NCBI GenBank assembly: GCA_024278215.1
Contig: JAJRTR010000091.1
Location: forward strand, 1-42,753
Length of the DNA: 42,753 nucleotides
Direction of reading: 5' to 3'
Source of the DNA: a bacterium
Lineage (GTDB): Bacteria; UBP15; UBA6099; JAJRTR01
Shown here: piece after piece, positions 36,501 through 42,753 of the stretch
How positions within the stretch are numbered: position 1 is the stretch's first letter
Layout of the letters: every line of letters starts with the position of its first letter
Notes under the pieces: generated by a model
Seen by the model: only the letters and a program-made list of their open reading frames with translations
Told to the model about the DNA's origin: nothing
Databases searched by the model: none
Made by a program: the position numbers and the translations under genes

Positions 36501-37136
36501 GTATGATCCGGTTGCCGCCAGGTAACATTTCAACTGGCCTTCCGCGCCGAGTGTTATCGATTCGTGATTCGAGCCGCTGATATATACCGTCGTCGTGGAA
36601 TTTGTTGAGTTCTTAATAACAAGCGGTTCGCCGCCATCGAACGAAAGAGACGTGGGTGTGACACCTTCGGACGTTATTGTGTAGCCGAGTGTCATCTTCA
36701 CATCTTTGAACACACCCTCTTCGATAGTGACAAGCTGCTTACGTGTCGCAAGGACGCTTCCTTCGCTGCAAAGGGCGTTGACTGTAATTGTCTTAAGTCC
36801 GATGGGAATATTCGCAATGGTAACAGGTTCTCCGCTGGAAACGTTGGTAACGAGAACTTCGATAGGGGCCGAGAGGTCGCTACCCGTGACGGTTATCGAG
36901 AAACTCGCGGTATCCGCCGGCACTTTGCCCGCCGCACGCCCCGTACCTGTGTCCGGCACAGCGACAGCTATACGAATAGAGCCCGTTCTGGCATTTACGC
37001 CTGTCCCCGCGATTGAACCGCTACCTCCACCACAGCCGGCCACCATGACAAGCCCCAGAACCACCATTACCGCTACCATAGCCGTGACTATTCCCGACTG
37101 TCCATTCATTCTGTACCTTTTACCATTGCACTTCAT
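33528..37136 (-). CDS. large surface lipoprotein with PKD and IPT/TIG domains and duplicated beta-rich repeats
   Basis: signal peptide ending VAG-C(35); PKD-like GEAPLSV..YQWDLDG and PPTADAGADQ..DPDGD..W; IPT-like ITGTGF; S/T/G-rich. Confidence 0.85.
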   Translation of the reverse strand: MKCNGKRYRMNGQSGIVTAMVAVMVVLGLVMVAGCGGGSGSIAGTGVNARTGSIRIAVAVPDTGTGRAAGKVPADTASFSITVTGSDLSAPIEVLVTNVSSGEPVTIANIPIGLKTITVNALCSEGSVLATRKQLVTIEEGVFKDVKMTLGYTITSEGVTPTSLSFDGGEPLVIKNSTNSTTTVYISGSNHESITLGAEGQLKCYLAATGSYTINAGDYSAAATQETATNSTLKAGISADTTYGEAPLSVYLYADHLSADGATGDVTYQWDLDGGSVVEDLSRAAGAGTTSLLEPYAYAQFTTPGEYNVKLEVTQDGHTVEDTILIIVVEATDTEQNATSEAITISQIVPASIEEGEGGSLEITGTGFATGTVVTIGAATVTATIDSATLIMAQVPATLTEGTYSVTVTDADGQSATLSDALTISAYASNCPPSGTYYYAGMGGDADNTYSEFGEFQVSGSNITGTTEGNVSVGTYDDTSYSGTLTQNSDGTYEITDGTDTNKVIVNNDCSILGVTTFAAGEWQGGIMVRKGSAASYANAVTTGEWFLNGIYYEAADNYRGVNGGPVTMDSGSGSGTLYSRDYDTAAEEIYTGDLGISYSVATDTGIITMTTSDSISYRGALSRDGNTIIFASLSSSEQGIIMMTKQPTSFSYANDVQGQWRGIMLGRTSSSGMGGTEAWLINSSTSYVTISSNNSSDGLDYTSYDMSPSELESSFSAGDGSGRMSQDGARLFVGGGLMFRVNTGATDTSDISFYFKTDQSSPIGQPPTADAGADQSVNTNETVTLDGTASSDPDGDTLHYHWAQTGGPTVTLSDNSAAQPSFTPTEAGTYVFALSVRDDSFATYEPDTVTITVAQPAFSSSCPPTGDYWFIGTGGDNQESMYSSTGSSSFSGLTMTANYLTGSSKGSSDTATSNEQTTVTLGSNGVYTAGTYTIIPNNDCSFLAVANQETGIWEAAFMAAKGTSAEYAAMDDSGIWYMTKIYYNGTSGIGIEAGTIVTNSGVITGTVYYNNSGTTTEQSRSASATYTFSNTDGSIHIYTDDATYSGGVSGNGNIIIAATSSGTEQGIYILTRQPSSFDAASLAGQWRGVVVNKFDSYDGEVGESGVIEATWDADNVIRSYSVMDSQYGASTYQQTENTVDYETALAVNNNGSMLADWDTGTYWRDFFGEGHDFWIHAETFEQSRAYIEILFKTDKSAPVTQ

Positions 37137-37195
37137 ATTTCACTTCCCTCTTTCTGTTCTTTCCCGGATACATATCAGGGATACTTAAATTATGC

Positions 37196-37221
37196 ACCCG
37201 CAGAACACCTGTTCTGCGGGT
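37196..37221. repeat. intercistronic perfect hairpin
   Basis: ACCCGCAGAAC-acct-GTTCTGCGGGT between the FecR-domain and lipoprotein genes. Confidence 0.7.
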
Positions 37222-37261
37222 TGTTGTCATGGCCGAACAGCACCTCGCGGCTCTTCCCGGT

Positions 37262-38101
37262 TCAATCTATTTGCAGATTGACTCCACCCGTTCCCTCTTG
37301 CAGATCAATCACTACATCGGTCGCGGGACTCGTGATCGTGTCGTTTGTCGTTGTCTCTTCTATTGAGGTTTCCGTCACTTCCTGTACGTTAGTCTGTTCG
37401 TCGGCCTGCTCGTTGCTCGTTTCGCCGGACTGTTCTTCCGCCGGTGCCCGCGTTGATGTCGTGTCGACATTCGCTTCCTCGTAGACGGCAGCAGCTTCCG
37501 CCTGGAATTCTTTCATTTCTCCGGCGGGAACGTCCTGCGGTGTTGACTCAACTTCCGTGGCCCCGGGTCCGAAAGCGACTTTTGTGCTCTGGTCGAGAAC
37601 TACCGACAGTCCGTCCGACGCCACCTCGAACTCGCCGGATACTACAATAAAACTCGATTTGTCAGGTGTGGAAACGACAAAGATTTCCGAGCCCCTCACC
37701 CCGGCGATAGCTGTTGGTGTGCGTATCTCGAACGACGAATCCGGAGTCATGAGCTTGGCAGCGCGTGCGAAAATCTTGCCTGTTTCAAGTTTCATCGTGC
37801 TTTTTGTTGTTTTTCCTTCGAGCTTTGCTTCCTGGACCCGAAACCGGCTGAGAGGATACACTTTCACGACATTCCCCAGCCACGACAACGTCACTTCTCC
37901 ATCTGCCGTTGTCCTGACTGTGTCGCCGGTCGCCAGTTTCATGCCAAGTCGCACAGGGTTTTCATGCTCGTCTCTCACCACCGTGGCTGCTCCTTTTGTC
38001 GCTATCACGTCTACTTTCAGTTCTTCAGCCGACGCGCTGGAAAACATCAATGCTGTTGCTGCTATAGCAACCATCGCGATTATCAAACCTGTTCTTTTCA
38101 C
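37262..38101 (-). CDS. exported FecR-domain protein
   Basis: signal peptide; L..GD.VRT, FEIRTPTAIAGVRGS, VVSGEFEV; GTG start after GAGGAG. Confidence 0.85.
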   Translation of the reverse strand: MKRTGLIIAMVAIAATALMFSSASAEELKVDVIATKGAATVVRDEHENPVRLGMKLATGDTVRTTADGEVTLSWLGNVVKVYPLSRFRVQEAKLEGKTTKSTMKLETGKIFARAAKLMTPDSSFEIRTPTAIAGVRGSEIFVVSTPDKSSFIVVSGEFEVASDGLSVVLDQSTKVAFGPGATEVESTPQDVPAGEMKEFQAEAAAVYEEANVDTTSTRAPAEEQSGETSNEQADEQTNVQEVTETSIEETTTNDTITSPATDVVIDLQEGTGGVNLQID

Positions 38102-38135
38102 GTTTAATACTCCTCTGTTTTTTTGCAAATTAGAT

Positions 38136-38843
38136 TTAGTATGAACGGAAGACGCCGCCCTGGAAAATGTCGTCGTCGTCGATAACGCCGGTTTGCATAT
38201 CCACAAGGATATAGCTGAGCGCGAATTTTGTTGTTCTACTGAATCTCTTCGATAACTCGGCGCTGTACAGATTGAAAATATTGTCGTCGAGGTTCAGGTT
38301 GTAGCTGTATTGTGCCGAAACAGACACCTTCCAGTTATGAGTAAATCTTAAATCGTACTTGAGTTTTTCGTTCAATGTCCGGCTGTCGCTGAAATCAGTA
38401 GCTGTCGAGAAAGAGGAATACAGGCTCAGTTTTGTTCTTTCCGACTGCCTGAGTGCATATTGCGCCAGGAAAAGCCAGCGGTCCGAATCGTTGCCGGTCG
38501 GGTGTGTCCTGGCGTTGCCGGGAGATGTGCTGTTCGTGTAACTGTACAATAGAGACAAGCGCTTCGAACGCTGATTGGAGATGGAAACATTGACGATATT
38601 CGAGTCTGTCTGATCGTCGTCGAGACTATACTTGTTCAGGTAGGACAAAAACGCCGTATATCCCGGCTGCAGGGACTTGATGATGAAGAAACCGTTGTAC
38701 ATGAAATCACTGTTCCCGGTCTGGGTGTGAGTCTCGAACCGGGTGAGATGGTGAAGCGATAATGAATTCTTATTTGCATACGTTCCCGTCGATGTCAGAG
38801 CTATCACAAGAAGCACAAGTATGGTTGTTCGACAAGCTTTCAT
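38136..38843 (-). CDS. exported protein, probable outer-membrane beta-barrel
   Basis: signal peptide (TYA|N); alternating amphipathic aromatic-rich strands; aromatic C-terminal residue (GGVFRSY); AGGAG RBS. Confidence 0.65.
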   Translation of the reverse strand: MKACRTTILVLLVIALTSTGTYANKNSLSLHHLTRFETHTQTGNSDFMYNGFFIIKSLQPGYTAFLSYLNKYSLDDDQTDSNIVNVSISNQRSKRLSLLYSYTNSTSPGNARTHPTGNDSDRWLFLAQYALRQSERTKLSLYSSFSTATDFSDSRTLNEKLKYDLRFTHNWKVSVSAQYSYNLNLDDNIFNLYSAELSKRFSRTTKFALSYILVDMQTGVIDDDDIFQGGVFRSY

Positions 38844-38904
38844 AAAACATATCTCCTAATCTCAATAAACACTATATATGTGCGCATATGTTCGCCAGCA
38901 ATAG

Positions 38905-38932
38905 ATTATAGAACTTGTCCATCATAAGTCAA
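38905..38932 (-). promoter_or_regulatory. sigma70-type promoter for the three-gene surface module
   Basis: minus strand TTGACT-16 nt-TATAAT. Confidence 0.55.
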
Positions 38933-38949
38933 GACATCTACAAGGTAGG

Positions 38950-39097
38950 CAACGGTGCGGAATGACTGGGGGGGTGAGTGGCTTCGGATGGCGATGATGG
39001 AATTTCAACCCGGGCATCTATTTTTGAGGAGACGCGGGAGCGGAGCATCCTGGAAGCTCACGGTAAAGGTGCGAAAAAAAGTCATTCCACAGGGCTG
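38950..39097. mobile_element. MITE-like element B derived from the IS at 32685
   Basis: first 115 bp match 32685-32799 with 6 mismatches; imperfect TIR CAACGGTGCGGAATGACT / AGTCATTCCACAGGGCTG. Confidence 0.78.
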
Positions 39098-39101
39098 TGT
39101 A

Positions 39102-39261
39102 GAGCCAATTGCAAAATTCTGATTCGGCGGCGGTCGGCTGCATTTGTCCATAGCTGCGTTGTCGGCATAAAATTGTCCTCGACGTACTCTCTCTACAAAT
39201 ACGTCTGCGAGGATTTTACACATCCGCCTTGCTCTGAACAATTTCACTCGACCTCGCTACG
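39102..39261. mobile_element. second, right-truncated copy of MITE-like element A
   Basis: colinear with 5-161 from GAGCCAATTGCAAAATTCTGATTCGG to CTCGACCTCGCTACG; right TIR missing. Confidence 0.75.
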
Positions 39262-39444
39262 CAGGCATTGGGGGCAGACTTAGAATTATGCACAAGGATG
39301 AATGCAAGGGGCAGGACGTGAATTGTAAAATTTGAGAATAGTTTATTGGCTCGAAATAGTTTTGTTCACATCGTCATTTTGCTACCTGTTGACTTTTACT
39401 CCCAGGATGATGAAAATCTTAATATGCACGAAATATCATTAAGC

Positions 39445-40474
39445 TGCAACGGCAACCTTATCGACGAGTTCGACGCAGGCGGCAACCTGCTCGCCTCCTA
39501 CACACACGAACCCGGCACGCTCGACCATCCTATCGCCATGCAGCGCGGCGGCGGCGATGGCGGACAAAGCGGCGGCGAAACATTCTACTACCACTACGAC
39601 GAGCGCGGCTCCGTCATATACCTGACAAACAGCAACGGACACATCGTCCAGCGCTACTACTACGACACCTTCGGACGCATCGCCTACCAGGTAGGCAGCC
39701 TCCCCAACCCATTCACCTACACCGGCCGCCAGTGGGACCCCGAAGCCGGTCTCTACCACCTATCGCGCCCGCGCCCTCGACCCCGACACAGGCCGCTTCC
39801 TCCAGCACGACCCCGTCTTCAGTCTCAACTCCTTCGTCTACGTCGACAACAACCCCGTCAACGCCGTCGACCCGCTGGGGCTGGAATGGATTAGACACTA
39901 TAATACATTTGCTTACAGATGGAAAACCTGCGAGAAAGATTGTTGTTGGTACGACACTCCCGAGCGCCAAAAATGTGCTGAAAAAGGGTGCGATATTTGT
40001 ATAAGTTCATCTCCACCGGCCAGCGGTTACGGACCTATGTTTATATGCCCGTGGTGCACAATATGGTGGAAAGTAGCTGATCCTTCCAACTGCTGGGATA
40101 TATGCAGTGAACATACAAACAATGACATTGATTTTGGGCATTGCCTTTTCACCTGCGTGGGCGTCTCGCCGCCACCTGAAAAAATAGCCCCGGAGCCGAA
40201 GGGGCAGCCACGCACGATTCCTGATTGTAGAGAAGAAAGACACAAGGAATGTCTGGCTGAGAATTGTCCCGGCTATAGAGATCTAAGTGAAATAGCGAAT
40301 TGTACTAGTGATTGCTGGGTCACATCGGATTGGAAAGATTTACCACCAGAAACTGGGTTGCCTGAATTATCAAGGACTAATTTTGGGATTTGTGGAGCAT
40401 ATTGTTTTGCCAAAGGTGAAGTATGCCAAACAATTCGTTGTCCATGTTATTATTATTATGATATATTCCAATAA
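39445..40474 (+). pseudogene. orphan RHS core fragment with Cys-rich C-terminal domain (one frameshift near 39760)
   Basis: YYHYDERGSV..YYYDTFG..PFTYTGRQWDPEAGLYH, then shifted frame YRARALDPDTGRFLQHDP..YVDNNPVNAVDPLGL, open through to stop 40474; no N-terminal part. Confidence 0.88.
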
Positions 40475-40494
40475 TTGATCTTTATTTAGGAGAT

Positions 40495-41282
40495 ATGGAC
40501 TTTGAAGGACCATATATATAAATCAATTGTTTATATAATTTCTATCCGCTTTTCTTTTTATTTAACAACAGTATTCGACCTTGTAATTTTCAATAATTTC
40601 GGCATACCTGTTGAAGAGCTTCCATCAGTAATCTTTTTTAAGAATCCACCCTCTTATGTTAATTTGTTAGTTATTTTGTATTTATTATTTTCTATTTTAA
40701 GAATACTGATAGGATTGTCTGCTATTGGATTGCTATTCTTTTCAAATTTAGCAAGAAAGTGCTTTATCGTTTTAATTATTATTTACACAATCATGAAATT
40801 TATTTTATTCGCTAAAAACATCTATATTATCATATTTATTACATTAAATATTTTTTCATATTATCGCTAAAGAGCTTTTTTTTAGAAATCAAAAACATCA
40901 TTTCTTGAAAAAGTTATTTATTACTGTTTTGGCCATTTTCTACATTTTCGGACTATTCGCTTATAACGTAATGGATATGACAGAAAGCATCCCTTTTATG
41001 GTTTTTCAGTTTCATGCAAATCCAAAAGCTTCAAAAATTTACATTGAAGTTACCAGATTACAGCGAGATGGACATTTACAAGAAGCAAAAAAAGCCTTAG
41101 ACTCCATATTATTTGTAAAGGACAAATATAATCGTAGTGAAAAGGTGTTTATATGCAATAAATACAAAGAATTGAGCACTGCATTTGAGAATTATATTAT
41201 ACCTGAATTTTGCAAATCATTTGATGATCGTATGTATAATAAATACGTATTTCCCAAGAACAAGACTTTGCTTGATTATTAA
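40495..41282 (+). pseudogene. putative membrane immunity gene 1, apparently split by two 1-nt insertions in T-runs
   Basis: AGGAG-ATG at 40495 is one base out of frame with ORF 40502-40870, which is one base out of frame with ORF 40905-41282 at the T6 run near 40851; multi-TM, AT-rich, directly after the toxin-like domain. Confidence 0.55.
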
Positions 41283-41379
41283 TAATGTATCTGTGTATCT
41301 GGGGCCGAATAAACAGGGACGCTTACCGTTTTTACATTTGTTGCCGGTTGACTTTTATTACGTATATGTTAAAGAAATA

Positions 41380-42003
41380 TACAGTCAAAACAAGCGGTCC
41401 TAATGGAATGCGTTGTTGCGATTGGGGAGAATGCATCACTGAAGCTAATGAAAAGTGCAATATCGCTTTTGGACTCTCTAATGCGGATAATTGGTTGACA
41501 AGATGCGAAGGAAAAGGCGTAATATGCCAGTTATTATGGGGTATCAAGAATAAATCCGATTGTTGGGATTTCTGTCGCGAAAATGCTTTCCGGATTTCGA
41601 TTCCTGCTTCAATGCATGCACCGGCATCCCGCCACCTGAAAAGATAGTCCCGGAGCCGGATAAATGCAAAGATACTTGTAGGCACTACGCAGAAGATGAT
41701 AACTATTGTAAAGTTAACTTTAATGATGAATTAATGGATAAATGCATAAAAGAATGTTTTGAGAAGTTTTGCCAATACAAGAAGCTTCCATTCTACTTGA
41801 ATCTTTTTGCGGGAGCAGTTCAAACTTATCATACTGGAGGCCAAAATGATCTCCCTGGGGCAAACGATTACGGTAAATATTGCATTGTAAAAAGAAATGG
41901 GGAAGCAATTTGTAAAAATTATTGTCGAAGGACAGGAAAAAGTGTTCCGCCTGATTTTGGGTTTCCGTCACGTGAAGATTATAGTCCAAGCTGTTCAAGA
42001 TAA
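41380..42003 (+). pseudogene. second orphan Cys-rich C-terminal domain (frameshift near 41590)
   Basis: ORFs 41285-41647 and 41560-42003 join as CWDFCRENAF|PDFDSCFNACTGIPPPEKIVPEP, homologous to the first domain. Confidence 0.7.
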
Positions 42004-42018
42004 TAAAGGGTATTGTAC

Positions 42019-42711
42019 ATGAAGAATAATAAAAGATTGTTATCTGTAATATTACCATTATTATTAATTGGTGTCTTTTTGACATACAAATGCATTTTTA
42101 TCAAAAAGAAAAGTGCCCTTTATCAGGAAAGAAAAATGATACTAATCAATAAAACGGATGATTATTACAAAATACTAATGAAGAAATCAGAGGATATTTT
42201 TAATTCTGCAAACAATATCGCAGATGGCATAAAACATGATATGCCAGACGACGTATTAGAAAATATATGTAATCTTAGAAAATTGAAGAAAACGGATTTA
42301 ACGGAATATTATAAGATAAAAAAACATTTGGTTATAAATATAAAAAAATCAGCGATAAGAAAACTCCCTTCATCTGGGTTTAACCATGATGAATATTATC
42401 GAGAAAACATAATTCATTATATAAGTGCAGAGAATGATATGATCTTTGTATTTAATAAGGCAAGAACTGATACATATGATATGTGTTTAACGGAAATATG
42501 GAATTTACAGGGCAACGATTGGTGTATGAATGATTTGAAAAATGAGTTTTCCAGAGAGTCACAAACAATATGTTGTTTAGAAAACAGGAAGATAGAAATG
42601 GAATGTTTTTTTACTGGACAGTACCAAGTTTACCATCAAGCTGCAAGGCGAAAGTCAGGTAATCTACCAGGGTCGGCGTTTTCGAGGATGAATAACGCAA
42701 GGTCGGCCTGA
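42019..42711 (+). CDS. putative immunity protein 2 with N-terminal membrane anchor
   Basis: AT-rich ORF 15 nt after the second Cys-rich domain; KRLLSVILPLLLIGVFLTY anchor; 3' end (about 42615 onward) shifts to higher GC and may be chimeric. Confidence 0.55.
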   Translation: MKNNKRLLSVILPLLLIGVFLTYKCIFIKKKSALYQERKMILINKTDDYYKILMKKSEDIFNSANNIADGIKHDMPDDVLENICNLRKLKKTDLTEYYKIKKHLVINIKKSAIRKLPSSGFNHDEYYRENIIHYISAENDMIFVFNKARTDTYDMCLTEIWNLQGNDWCMNDLKNEFSRESQTICCLENRKIEMECFFTGQYQVYHQAARRKSGNLPGSAFSRMNNARSA

Positions 42712-42753
42712 TTATCCCCGGCAAAGAGAAATTCGGGAAGTGAATGCCTCAGG

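Noticed and set aside
39346-39894. ORF 39346-39894 as a complete protein with an Arg/Pro-rich tail
   Set aside because: The tail is the out-of-frame reading of the RHS core after the frameshift near 39760, and the N-terminus is non-RHS upstream sequence.
39884-42003. Cys-rich tails as multiheme cytochromes or ferredoxins
   Set aside because: No CxxCH and no CxxCxxCxxxC motifs.
1-42753. CRISPR array, tRNA/rRNA, reverse transcriptase, intact transposase or integrase
   Set aside because: No regularly spaced repeats, no convincing T-loop/cloverleaf, and no such ORFs seen by eye; a tRNAscan/Rfam run is still advisable.

Overview
Bacterial (probably diderm, anaerobic) chromosomal window. The left part is an intact dissimilatory sulfur-oxyanion cluster: sat-aprB-aprA-[Zn-ribbon]-[YkgJ-type Cys protein]-qmoA-qmoB-qmoC, followed by a CoA-disulfide/persulfide reductase with a rhodanese domain. 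No dsr genes lie in the window. The middle is housekeeping: HNH, trpB2, a large acidic TPR membrane protein, iolB, a radical SAM/SPASM protein, class II aldolase, a two-subunit fused 2-oxoacid:ferredoxin oxidoreductase, a MetH activation domain, cinA and MmgE/PrpD. From about 32.7 kb the region is accessory: IS remnants, three different MITE-like elements, a three-gene surface module (beta-barrel-like protein, FecR-domain protein, 1202-aa repeat lipoprotein) bracketed by a 115-bp direct repeat, and an AT-rich array of orphan RHS cassettes. The most novel-looking signals are: (1) two RHS C-terminal domains with 20-22 Cys that share an internal conserved hinge and a 28/30-nt DNA repeat, each followed by a membrane-anchored candidate immunity gene; (2) long, GU-containing multibranch structures in the intercistronic spacers of the sat-apr-qmo operon. 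All family assignments are by motif recognition only; no searches or folding programs were run.
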